A stretch of DNA of 64,000 nucleotides from Candidatus Omnitrophota bacterium (GTDB lineage: Bacteria > Omnitrophota > Gorgyraeia > VGKH01). Position numbers and translations under genes: made by a program. The stretch spans positions 352,480-416,479 of the forward strand of contig JAKLEP010000002.1 in assembly GCA_022703055.1 (NCBI GenBank). Reading direction: 5' to 3'. The notes under the pieces are model-generated. The model made no database searches. It was not told the DNA's origin and saw nothing but the letters and a program-made list of their open reading frames with translations. Below are positions 1 to 9,197 of this stretch, piece by piece (position 1 is the first letter of the stretch; each line of letters starts with the position of its first letter).

Positions 1-1138
1 GAAAAGCGATGATGACCGGCTCGATTAAGCTGGTTAAACCCGAAATAGCCGCATCGACTTGTTCATCGTAGAAATCTGAAACTTTGCCCAACATCTTTTC
101 TAGTTCTCCGGTTTGCTCGCCGACTGAAATCATTCTTGTGACCATCGGAGGAAAAACGCCGCTTTTAATTAAAGGAGTCGCTATACTTTCTCCTTCCTTG
201 ACGTTGGTCCTGACATTTTCTATGGCATTCTCCACAACCTTGTTACCCGATGTCTTACCGACAATCTCCAACGCCGCCAATATTGGCACACCGCTTTGAA
301 TAAGAGTAGAAAGAGTTCTGCTGAACCTACTTATGGCTACCTTCCTAAACAGTTCTCCAAAAACAGGAAGGTTTAATTTTAATTGGTCTATTTTATAACT
401 TCCCTTTTCCGTCCTGGCCCATCGGCCAACTAAAAAACCAATAACTATTATCGCGCCGATCAAATAAAGAACCCACTTGCTAAACAAGTCGCTGACCAAA
501 ATCAATATCCTCGTCGGCAGAGGCAATTCTCCGCCTAACATATCGAAGATGCCCTTAAACGTAGGAACGACTTTTAACATAAGTATGGCAGTAATAATTA
601 TGGCCATTGATACAACCATAATTGGATACACCATAGCCGTCTTAATCTTCCTTTTTAGTCCGCTCATTTTCTCCAGATACGCAGCTAGCCTCTCAAGGAT
701 AATATTAAGCATACCGCTGCTTTCGCCTGCTTTAACCATATTGATATATAAAGCATCAAATACATTGGGATATTTTGCGAAAGAGTTGGAAAGACTATTC
801 CCTACCTCGATATCGTCGTGAAGGCTGCCGATAACTCTCTTAAATTCGCCGTGTTTAATCTGATCCTTAAGAACATCCAAGCTTTGCATTAGAGGGATGC
901 CAGCATCAACCATTGTTGCCAGCTGGCGCGAAAAAATTACCAAGTCATCTGTTTTAACTTTCTTGGCTACCCCGAACTTAAATTCCATTGCCGCGGCACC
1001 TTTGGTTTCGGTGACAGAGATCACGACGAGCTTTCTTTTTCTTAGTTCTTCTACTACTGTCTCCTTATCTTTGGCGACTATTTTCCCTGATACACTTCTT
1101 GCTGCCTGGTCTTTAGCGGTATACTTAAAAGTGGCCAT
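1..1138 (-). CDS. pilC: Type IV pilus / T2SS inner-membrane platform protein, PilC/GspF family (3' end cut by window edge)
   Basis: Absent from the ORF track because no stop lies inside the window. Manual minus-strand translation from the ATG (complement of 1136-1138) gives MATFKYTAKDQAARSVSGKIVAKDKETVVEELRKRKLVVISV... and stays open to position 1. It shows the duplicated T2SSF-type segments FSRQLATMVDAGIPLMQSL and FSRTLSTLIQSGVPILAAL plus hydrophobic TM stretches. It starts 3 nt after the upstream stop. Confidence 0.9.
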   Translation of the reverse strand, partial: MATFKYTAKDQAARSVSGKIVAKDKETVVEELRKRKLVVISVTETKGAAAMEFKFGVAKKVKTDDLVIFSRQLATMVDAGIPLMQSLDVLKDQIKHGEFKRVIGSLHDDIEVGNSLSNSFAKYPNVFDALYINMVKAGESSGMLNIILERLAAYLEKMSGLKRKIKTAMVYPIMVVSMAIIITAILMLKVVPTFKGIFDMLGGELPLPTRILILVSDLFSKWVLYLIGAIIVIGFLVGRWARTEKGSYKIDQLKLNLPVFGELFRKVAISRFSRTLSTLIQSGVPILAALEIVGKTSGNKVVENAIENVRTNVKEGESIATPLIKSGVFPPMVTRMISVGEQTGELEKMLGKVSDFYDEQVDAAISGLTSLIEPVIIAF

Positions 1139-1141
1139 ATC

Positions 1142-1603
1142 CTACTCCTTTTTTGAATAACAACGTTTTATCGCTTCTTCAATTTCGGTTTTAGTTGCAA
1201 TGAAAGTTGCAACTTTACAATTCGATATTTTCTCGATTTCTTCGATGGTAGATATATCCAAAGGATTAGCCATAACCACGCTTAAAACATCTCCGACCTT
1301 ATCCAGAGGTATAGCGTTAAATTGCCTTGCCTTCTCTTCCGGCAATAAAGTCAGGACTTTAGGATCTATATCATATTTATTTACGGCTATGTAGGGGAAA
1401 CCGCATTGCACAATCAAAGCTACGACCACATCCCTTTCGGTAAGATAACCCAGCTTAACAAGGATTTCTCCCAAGACACCCCCGTGTTTCTTCTGGGCCT
1501 CAAGAGCATCCCGGAGCTGCTCATCTGTTATTAAACCCCTTTTAAGCAGGATCTGCCCAAACAACTGCTTCTTTGAAATTATCTCTCTTCTTGAATAAAC
1601 CAT
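1142..1603 (-). CDS. Stand-alone MshEN / T2SSE_N (GSPII) domain protein, 153 aa, no ATPase domain
   Basis: Residues 14-66 show two 24-aa MshEN-type motifs separated by a 5-aa spacer: LFGQILLKRGLITDEQLRDALEAQ - KKHGG - VLGEILVKLGYLTERDVVVALIVQ. The rest matches the GspE/PilB N-terminal fold pattern (GFPYI..., ANPLD). The protein ends before any Walker A. Confidence 0.8.
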   Translation of the reverse strand: MVYSRREIISKKQLFGQILLKRGLITDEQLRDALEAQKKHGGVLGEILVKLGYLTERDVVVALIVQCGFPYIAVNKYDIDPKVLTLLPEEKARQFNAIPLDKVGDVLSVVMANPLDISTIEEIEKISNCKVATFIATKTEIEEAIKRCYSKKE

Positions 1604-1605
1604 TT

Positions 1606-4600
1606 TTAAATCTCCTTTTTCTCTCTTATTCTATTTTCGATTTCTTTTATAGCATCATCAGTATCTTTACCAATAATCTTGTCTGAAATATAACTTCTTA
1701 AAGTCTCAAGAATCGAGACATCTCCGATTTTTCCGAGAATCTTAACCGCTTTCATGCGGATGCTATTATCTTTATCTCTCAAAGCCTTAGCGACTAACTG
1801 TACGCTTTCCGTTCCTCCGATCTTGCCCAAAGCAAAAACCGCCCGAGAGCGGATATTGGCATCTTCATGGCTAAGTAGTTTCTCCATAGATTTAACCAAC
1901 AAAGGATCATTAATAAAAACTATCAATTCTATCGCATTTCTGACAATGTATAATCTGGCGTCGGATATTTTATCCAATAATTCCAGGTAAACAGCTTCTT
2001 TAATTTTTGTTTTCATTAGTTTGGAAAGCATCCCTCCGATTGCCCGACGGCGGAGAAAAGCGGCAAAATAACCTAAGGAACTAAGGACTTTATCCTCGAT
2101 CATGGCCTCTTCTATCAGCAATTTTACAATCTGAAGGTTCTCAAATTCCAGAATAAATTCGACAACATCATCGTAATAGGCATTTTCATCTACTTTTTTT
2201 ATCAGCTCGGCAACAATACTTTTTAACCTTGAAGGATCCGTAATCTTATCTATCGCATCCTGGAGACATCTTTTTTGTTTTTCGGGAAGATTGGGACGCA
2301 AATTCTCCTTATTTAATTTGTTTATAATTTTCTTGGCAGCATAGAAACTTTTATTATCTATTAATACTAACGATGGATTTGTTAGATGAGTAACTAATTG
2401 AACGTAGACATCTAAATCTTTCTCGTTTCTAAACTCGTCAAAAAGAAAATCCACTAGATTAATCAATGCTTCTTCTTTAGCGGAAGGAATCAAGTCTATC
2501 ATTGAATCAAAGATGCTGCTAATCCTTGATTTTACTTCCGGTGATTTATCTCTTAAAAACTCCCTCCATGTATTTAAAATTTTCTTAAGCAGATCCTCTT
2601 TATTCTGCTTGAAAGCTTCCTGCATAAGAGAATAAACATCTATTTCTCTTTCTAATCCCAGAAAATCCTTGGCCGACATTTTTGATAACTTCTCTACGCG
2701 TTCCTCAAGGGGCAAGTCTTGCCAATTCTTCTCTCCTATGGCCCAAGCGACATCTTCTTTGGGCATACCCGCTCTGGAGAATTTATCTTTCAATAAAGGG
2801 AGCAATCTTTTTTTCTGATTGGGGTTAATCAGGAATCTCTGGATAAGCATGCGCATCTTCGTAGCAGAAGCCTTGGCCTCGGAAAATTCATCGGCTAATA
2901 AATCCAATACTACCTCGTCGGGAAACTCTGGTATGAGCTCTTTTATAATGTCTTTCCCCGAGGCAGTAGACTGACTTCCAGAAAACAACACATCTTTCCT
3001 AAGCTGAGGCTCAAGATTCAAAATGGTATTTGCCAAGTTCTTTTTTTGCTTATCCCACTCTTGAGGATCCTTCTGTATAATCTGATTGGCGATTTTTTGC
3101 ACGGATTTTATTACTACGTCAGCTTGCGCCTCTTTTTTATCTAATGGGCCTTTCCCTTCTTTGGCGATCATATCGCTCATTTTCGACAATGCATCGGCTA
3201 TCTCACTGGGATTGTTTGCCAACTTCTCCAAGAAATCCTCTTTCCCACTGGTCGATATTTTACCCATCAAATAATCAACCAACATTACTTCTTCTAACTT
3301 TTCGCGCTGCTGGGACCTTTTGCCCTTGCTGGCTATTTCAAAACTTATTTCGTTAATAATTATATTGTTTATTTCTTTTGCTTTAAGCTCATCCGATAAA
3401 GAAGCCGTCTCGGAAATCGTATTTAAAATCTCAATGAAAGCGACTAATTCTTTTTTAGTCAAACCCTTCTTCAAAGACAATGTCTCAATATGATGAGCTT
3501 TTAGTATTGACAAAAAAGCATCCTTAAAAGACTTCTTAAGAATCTGGCTGCCAAAAAGTTTGCCATTTACAACTAATTCGTCCTTTACTTCGCTAAAAAC
3601 TATGACTTCATCTCGGGCGAAAACTTCAGTTAACTTCTGGTATATCTGATCAATTGGACTCTGCAGCATCTGGCTAGCCTTAGGATACAGAGAAAAATTA
3701 ATATTAACTAAATAAAGCAGCCTTATTATATCCGGCAATAATTCCAGGCTCTTGGAGCTTAGCTGCTCCACTTTCTTAGTCTCGGTCTCTTCTAGGATTT
3801 CTTTAGCGTAATCTATCGCCCTGCCTATGATAGCCTTATCTGATTCTTTAATCCGCTTTGCATATTGCGTCGCCCGATGATAATCTTCGGCTTTTTTGAA
3901 ATGAAAATACAACTCTCCGGCTATCTTATTAATATCTCCGGAATGAATACCCTCTTGTATCTCGCCTACCTGCTGGTGTAAATTCTTCAATTTGTCCTGC
4001 TCGATAAGATCATAGAGCACTTTTCTTATCTCGCCGCTCACAAAACTCATCTCATCGCCGGACTCGCTAACCTTTTGTCTAATGATACCTGCTTTCTTGG
4101 CGCTTTCAAGGATATCTAAAATATACCCCTCGTTTTCTTTGCCCATCTGGTGCAGCAGATTAACATTAAAATCCTGGCCGATGACAGCTGCCTTGGAAAT
4201 TATCTCTTGGGCTGCGGTATCCATGGCCTTAATTCTTTCCTGAATTACCTCAATAAGAGAATGCGGTATATCCGACTCATTAATTTCTATCTTCCCCCAT
4301 TGGCCCTTCTTTAGGTAAATAAATCCTTTCTGAATCAAGAATTTAAGAAGTTCTTCAACAAATAACGGATTTCCCATGCTTATTTTATAAATCAAATTAC
4401 CTAGCCCGGAAGTCAGTTCGATATTCACCAAGATTGTATGCATCATCTGGCTCGTCCCGTTTTCGGAAAGGCCAGAAAGACTTATTTCTTCTGATAAGCT
4501 ATTCTTAACATTACTGAACTCGCTCACGAAAGGATATTCGGCTAATGCTGAGTCTATGGCATCTTTATCCCTGAATGCCACACAAATCATAATCGCAGAA

Positions 4601-5739
4601 TTTTGTTCTTTCAAAGACAAGATAACACCTAGAGACTGCTTATCTATAAAATAAAAATCATCCAAAATAATAGTTAAAGGACTTTTACTAGCAATGTTGC
4701 TGCATAACTGAATCAACGAATTCTTAATTTGCTCCTCTGTTTTTTGTTCAGCAAGTTCTTGGCTCAAAGAATAATCTTCTTGGACGATATCTCCCAAAGC
4801 AGGGATAAGCCTAGTCAACAAAAAGAGCTGTTGGTTAGATAAATCTTTTAGAAAATCTTCTTTATTTATTGTCAATTTTCTTTCTTTTAAGTTCAGCAGA
4901 AAACCTTGAATGCTGGCAACGCAGCAACTATAAGGTTGGTTAATATGCTGCTCTAAACAAGCAGAATAAAAATATGCGGATTTATTTGAAGACAGGAACT
5001 TAATGAATTCATCCAATAACCTTGATTTACCTATACCGGCTTCCCCGGTAATAGCTACGATTTTAGTTTTTTTGTTTTGAGCCGTAGCAGACAATAAGTC
5101 TTTAAGATGGCTCAATTGGTTTTGTCTTTCAATCAGCGACGGACAAGGAAAACGCTCCAAGATTTCTTTTTCTCTTAAAACTTCCGTCGAGATATCGCTT
5201 GTCAAAGATATACGGTTTTTACCTTTCTGTTTAGAGACATACAGGGCTTTATCTGCCAGGTCTATAAGACGCAACGCATCAGGAGCATCATCTGGAAAAT
5301 TGGCCACGCCTATACTTAAATTAACGTTTGAGATTATTTGACCGGAGCTGGTTTTGAATTTATTTTCGGAAACAGACTTGGTAATCCTGCCTGCTACCGC
5401 TAAAGCATTAGATAATTCCCCACCGGGTAAAATTACGGTAAATTCATCGCCGGCGTATCTTATGACCGTGTCTCCTCCTCTGACGCATCTACCTAAGATT
5501 TCTACAACTCCTTTCAAAATATCATCTCCGGCAAGATGACCGTACTTATCATTTATTGTCTTAAAATCATCTATGTCTATCATGAATAACCAAATATCTT
5601 TACCTGTCCCTTTAAAATTAGATATCTCACTCGGCAAATACTGAAATAGATAGCGGCGGTTAAAGGCATTGGTTAACTCATCCCTGAATACCAACTGTTC
5701 TACTCTTTTTTCTGGCGCTCTATCTTCTATATCTGGCAT
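1606..5739 (-). CDS. Multidomain signalling protein: GGDEF (AGDEF signature, RxxD I-site) - AAA_16/STAND P-loop NTPase - long helical repeat region - C-terminal HEAT repeats
   Basis: The N-terminus carries IDIDDFKTINDKYGH and RGGDTVIRYAGDEF (nt 5440-5481). Walker A is GEAGIGKS (nt 5023-5046), with a Walker B-like IILDDF and GNPLFVEELLKFL, which is typical of AAA_16 signalling ATPases. The C-terminus has HEAT/PBS-lyase-like repeats (DANIRSRAVFALGKIG, DNSIRMKAVKILGKIG). Confidence 0.85.
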   Translation of the reverse strand: MPDIEDRAPEKRVEQLVFRDELTNAFNRRYLFQYLPSEISNFKGTGKDIWLFMIDIDDFKTINDKYGHLAGDDILKGVVEILGRCVRGGDTVIRYAGDEFTVILPGGELSNALAVAGRITKSVSENKFKTSSGQIISNVNLSIGVANFPDDAPDALRLIDLADKALYVSKQKGKNRISLTSDISTEVLREKEILERFPCPSLIERQNQLSHLKDLLSATAQNKKTKIVAITGEAGIGKSRLLDEFIKFLSSNKSAYFYSACLEQHINQPYSCCVASIQGFLLNLKERKLTINKEDFLKDLSNQQLFLLTRLIPALGDIVQEDYSLSQELAEQKTEEQIKNSLIQLCSNIASKSPLTIILDDFYFIDKQSLGVILSLKEQNSAIMICVAFRDKDAIDSALAEYPFVSEFSNVKNSLSEEISLSGLSENGTSQMMHTILVNIELTSGLGNLIYKISMGNPLFVEELLKFLIQKGFIYLKKGQWGKIEINESDIPHSLIEVIQERIKAMDTAAQEIISKAAVIGQDFNVNLLHQMGKENEGYILDILESAKKAGIIRQKVSESGDEMSFVSGEIRKVLYDLIEQDKLKNLHQQVGEIQEGIHSGDINKIAGELYFHFKKAEDYHRATQYAKRIKESDKAIIGRAIDYAKEILEETETKKVEQLSSKSLELLPDIIRLLYLVNINFSLYPKASQMLQSPIDQIYQKLTEVFARDEVIVFSEVKDELVVNGKLFGSQILKKSFKDAFLSILKAHHIETLSLKKGLTKKELVAFIEILNTISETASLSDELKAKEINNIIINEISFEIASKGKRSQQREKLEEVMLVDYLMGKISTSGKEDFLEKLANNPSEIADALSKMSDMIAKEGKGPLDKKEAQADVVIKSVQKIANQIIQKDPQEWDKQKKNLANTILNLEPQLRKDVLFSGSQSTASGKDIIKELIPEFPDEVVLDLLADEFSEAKASATKMRMLIQRFLINPNQKKRLLPLLKDKFSRAGMPKEDVAWAIGEKNWQDLPLEERVEKLSKMSAKDFLGLEREIDVYSLMQEAFKQNKEDLLKKILNTWREFLRDKSPEVKSRISSIFDSMIDLIPSAKEEALINLVDFLFDEFRNEKDLDVYVQLVTHLTNPSLVLIDNKSFYAAKKIINKLNKENLRPNLPEKQKRCLQDAIDKITDPSRLKSIVAELIKKVDENAYYDDVVEFILEFENLQIVKLLIEEAMIEDKVLSSLGYFAAFLRRRAIGGMLSKLMKTKIKEAVYLELLDKISDARLYIVRNAIELIVFINDPLLVKSMEKLLSHEDANIRSRAVFALGKIGGTESVQLVAKALRDKDNSIRMKAVKILGKIGDVSILETLRSYISDKIIGKDTDDAIKEIENRIREKKEI

Positions 5740-5753
5740 ATTTTCTAAAAATA

Positions 5754-7466
5754 TTATTCTTCGCTTGTAACCCTTAAGACCTCTTCTAGCGAAGTCAACC
5801 CTAAAGTAAATTTCTTAACTGCATCATCCCAAAGGGTGACCATACCGTTATTTTTAATGGCGTAATTCTTGATTTCATCGGACGGGATTCTTTTTACAAT
5901 CATTTCTCTTATCTGGTCGTCAATCATTAAAACTTCCAATAAACCCATTCTTCCCCTGTATCCGGTGTTAAGGCAGGCGCTGCAACCCCTGCCGCGATAA
6001 AAAACTGTCCCTTTCTCGGGTTTTAAACCGATCTTATCTAACATTTCTCTCGGCACCTCATATGGTTCCTTACAGGCAGGACAAATTTTCCTGCATAATC
6101 TTTGGGCGCAGGCCATAATCAATGAAGAAGCCACCAAAAACGGCTCAACGCCCATATCTATAAGACGCGCGATGGCACCCGAAGCATCGTTAGTATGCAG
6201 AGTAGAAAATAATAACTGTCCAGTAAGCGATGCCTTAACCGCAATATCGGCGGTCTCGGAATCTCTGATTTCTCCGACCATGATTACATCGGGGTTCTGT
6301 CTTAGAAGAGCCCTTAAACCATTGGCAAAGGTCAACCCTATATCTGGTTGAACATGAATCTGAGTGATGCCGTCGATTTCATATTCAACAGGATCTTCTA
6401 CGGTAATTATATTTCTTTCCGGCGTATTAAGTTGGTTGACTATAGAATATAACGTTGTTGATTTTCCGCTTCCTGTCGGACCGGTGACTAAAAGCATACC
6501 GTACGGACGCGATATCGCTTCTTTAAAAAGAGCTGTTGTTTCCGGAAAGAATCCTAAGCCATCCAAACCAATAGCAAGATTGGCTTTATCAAGAAGCCTT
6601 AATACAACTTTCTGCCCATATGTAGTAGGCAACACCGAAACGCGGAAATCTATTTCTTTATTGGCAATCCTTATCTTGAATCTTCCGTCTTGAGGAAGCC
6701 GCCACTCGGTGATATCGAGCCTGGACATAATCTTGAGCCTGACTAAAATCGCATTCTGATTTTTTTTGGGAAAACGATAAACATCATGTAATGCGCCGTC
6801 GACGCGGTAGCGGACCCGCATACCATCCTGTTCAGGCTCAAGATGAATATCAGAAGCCCTTTGCTTTACCGCTTCTTTTATCGCCAAATTAACTACCTGA
6901 ACTATGGGAGCTTTGCGGCTTTCATCAACAAGTGATGTACCGATTTCCAACTTCTCGTCAGCGTCATCAATGACTTTTATGGTGTCATCTTCGCCGATCT
7001 CCTTAACCATGTCGGACATGGTTTTCAAAACATCCTTGGTGTAATATTTTTTTATGGCATTTTCTATATCCGAATCGGTAGACATTACAATATCTACCTC
7101 GTATCCGGTAATATTCTTAATATCGTCTAAGGCAAAAATATTTAGCGGGTCGGCAGTCGCCAATGTCAACGTCCTTCCAATCTGAGAGATAGGAATCAAA
7201 TGATACTGCCGGGCGATTCTTTCGGGAACCATAGTCAAAATCTGAGGGTCTATTTTATACCTGGAAAGGTCTATCGGTGGAATATTCAATTCCTTGGCCA
7301 AAAGTATCAAAAGCTCTTTTTCTGTCACCCAGCCCTTCTGCACCAGAACCTTATCCAGGCCGATATTCTTCTCTTTCTGGATTCGTATCGCCTCATCAAC
7401 CTGATCTTTGGTAAGGTTTCTGCTGTTGATAAGGATCTCAATTATTTTTTCTTTTAAGGTCTTCAT
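5754..7466 (-). CDS. pilB: Type IV pilus assembly / T2SS ATPase, PilB/GspE family (paralogue 1)
   Basis: Has an N-terminal T2SSE_N-like region, Walker A GPTGSGKST, Walker B DPDVIMVGEIRD, a His-box STLHTNDA, and a tetracysteine motif CPAC...CSAC followed by GYRGR. Confidence 0.9.
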   Translation of the reverse strand: MKTLKEKIIEILINSRNLTKDQVDEAIRIQKEKNIGLDKVLVQKGWVTEKELLILLAKELNIPPIDLSRYKIDPQILTMVPERIARQYHLIPISQIGRTLTLATADPLNIFALDDIKNITGYEVDIVMSTDSDIENAIKKYYTKDVLKTMSDMVKEIGEDDTIKVIDDADEKLEIGTSLVDESRKAPIVQVVNLAIKEAVKQRASDIHLEPEQDGMRVRYRVDGALHDVYRFPKKNQNAILVRLKIMSRLDITEWRLPQDGRFKIRIANKEIDFRVSVLPTTYGQKVVLRLLDKANLAIGLDGLGFFPETTALFKEAISRPYGMLLVTGPTGSGKSTTLYSIVNQLNTPERNIITVEDPVEYEIDGITQIHVQPDIGLTFANGLRALLRQNPDVIMVGEIRDSETADIAVKASLTGQLLFSTLHTNDASGAIARLIDMGVEPFLVASSLIMACAQRLCRKICPACKEPYEVPREMLDKIGLKPEKGTVFYRGRGCSACLNTGYRGRMGLLEVLMIDDQIREMIVKRIPSDEIKNYAIKNNGMVTLWDDAVKKFTLGLTSLEEVLRVTSEE

Positions 7467-7472
7467 TTCTGT

Positions 7473-9197
7473 TTATATTTTATCTGCGATTGTAGTTCTC
7501 AGCACTTCTTCCAGCGAAGTTATGCCGGCGATCGCCTTTTCGATACCGTCCTGCCTCAAAGTAATCATGCCTTCTTTTATCGCCTGTTCTTTTATCTTGT
7601 GTTCTTCTGCGCGCTGAAAAATCAAGTCTTTAATTTTAGGAGTAAGGACTAAGGTCTCGGCAATACCGACCCTGCCTTTGTATCCAGAATTAAAACAAAA
7701 CTTGCATCCTTTGCCTCTATAGAATGTAGTTGTTTTGTTAGGGATACTGGCACCCAACCTTTTTGCCATTTCCTCGCTGATTTCATAAGATGTCTTACAT
7801 TTATCGCATATCTGTCTCAAAAGCCTTTGCGAAACGATACAAATTACTGACGAGGCAATCAAAAACGGTTCAACGCCCATATTGACTAAACGAACAATAG
7901 TTCCTGGCGCGGTAGTGGTATGTATAGTACTTAAAACCAAATGCCCTGTGAGTGCTGCTTTAATGGCGATGTCAACGGTTTCAAAATCCCTTATTTCTCC
8001 GACCATGATTACATCGGGATCCTGACGCAACATTGATCTTAAAGTCGCGGCGAATGTCAGACCAATATCGACCTTTGCGGTAACCTGATTTATCCCAGGG
8101 AGATCATATTCCACAGGATCTTCGACGGTAATGATATTAATCTCCGGCGCATCTACGTATTTCAAAATTGAATAAAGCGTAGTTGTTTTACCCGTGCCGG
8201 TAGGCCCTGTAACTAAAATCATGCCGTGCGGCCTCTTGGAGCAAGACTTTAGATCTCCAAGAGCTTTATTATTAAAACCAAGTTTATTGACATCTAGCAT
8301 GGCCATCTTTTTATCCAAAATTCTAAGGGCAACTTTTTCGCCAAAAGTAGAAGGCAGTATGGAAACACGGAAATCAACCTCTCTATCGTCAGCCTTAGTC
8401 TTGAATCTTCCGTCTTGCGGTAGCCGATGCTCGGCGATATCCAAACCAGAAATAACCTTTATTCTTGAAACCATGGGAGCTTGCAGTGCCTTAGGAGGGG
8501 ATTCAATTTCTCTTAAAACTCCGTCTATCCTGAAACGAATCCTTAACCTTTTCTCCATAGGCTCAATTAAAATATCGCTTGCCTTTGCATCGATAGCTTG
8601 TTTTAATATCGCCTCGGTGAATTTTATTACCGGCGCTTCCTGGGTCAGGCGCGCCAATTCTTCAACATTGAAAGATTCTTCTACGCCTCCGCCGTCGATA
8701 AATTCAAGCTTTTCTTCTTCACTGGTGATATCTTTTATGATTTTTTCCATCATCCGATGAGAATCTTCCCCGTAATAAGCCTCAATTGCCTGAGAGATTT
8801 CCTGCGGCCGACCGATAATAGGATTTATCTCAAATCCGGTTAAAGCCTTAACATCATCTATAGCAAAAATATTCAAAGGATCGGCCATTGCCAGGGTTAA
8901 AGAATTACCAATCTTTGAAACAGGTATTATCTGGTAGTAAACTGCGATATCCCGGGGGATTATTTTTATGACTTCGGGGTCTATTTTGACGCGTGATAAA
9001 TCCAACGGCGGCAAACCTAAACTTTGGCTTAAAACTATCGCCAAATCATTTTCGTTAACTAGCTTCAGTTGTACCAATATTTCACTTAGTCTTCCGCCCT
9101 TTTCCTTCTGGACCTCGAGAGCCTTTTCGAGATCCTTGGGGTCTAGTAATTTATTCTTGATTAATAATTCGGTTAAGCGGTCCTTTAAGGAAATCAT
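7473..9197 (-). CDS. pilB: Type IV pilus assembly / T2SS ATPase, PilB/GspE family (paralogue 2)
   Basis: The N-terminal T2SSE_N region has RL-containing MshEN-like motifs. Also present are Walker A GPTGTGKTT, Walker B DPDVIMVGEIRD, a His-box STIHTTTA, and a tetracysteine motif CDKC...CKFC followed by GYKGR. Confidence 0.9.
   Translation of the reverse strand: MISLKDRLTELLIKNKLLDPKDLEKALEVQKEKGGRLSEILVQLKLVNENDLAIVLSQSLGLPPLDLSRVKIDPEVIKIIPRDIAVYYQIIPVSKIGNSLTLAMADPLNIFAIDDVKALTGFEINPIIGRPQEISQAIEAYYGEDSHRMMEKIIKDITSEEEKLEFIDGGGVEESFNVEELARLTQEAPVIKFTEAILKQAIDAKASDILIEPMEKRLRIRFRIDGVLREIESPPKALQAPMVSRIKVISGLDIAEHRLPQDGRFKTKADDREVDFRVSILPSTFGEKVALRILDKKMAMLDVNKLGFNNKALGDLKSCSKRPHGMILVTGPTGTGKTTTLYSILKYVDAPEINIITVEDPVEYDLPGINQVTAKVDIGLTFAATLRSMLRQDPDVIMVGEIRDFETVDIAIKAALTGHLVLSTIHTTTAPGTIVRLVNMGVEPFLIASSVICIVSQRLLRQICDKCKTSYEISEEMAKRLGASIPNKTTTFYRGKGCKFCFNSGYKGRVGIAETLVLTPKIKDLIFQRAEEHKIKEQAIKEGMITLRQDGIEKAIAGITSLEEVLRTTIADKI

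Noticed and set aside
84-1160. Plus-strand ORFs 84-299, 477-821 and 897-1160 at the left edge
   Set aside because: Their translations are low-complexity and S/L/I/T-rich. The opposite strand encodes an uninterrupted, clearly PilC/GspF-like protein, so these are antisense shadows.
8194-8760. 188-aa plus-strand ORF, and similar long plus-strand ORFs such as 14660-15130, 24353-24931, 41433-42176 and 15336-15779
   Set aside because: Each lies fully inside a well-supported minus-strand gene (pilB, mreC, pfkB-like, DUF1846, mreB). They have biased S/L/P/F composition, no motifs and no RBS, which marks them as typical shadow ORFs.
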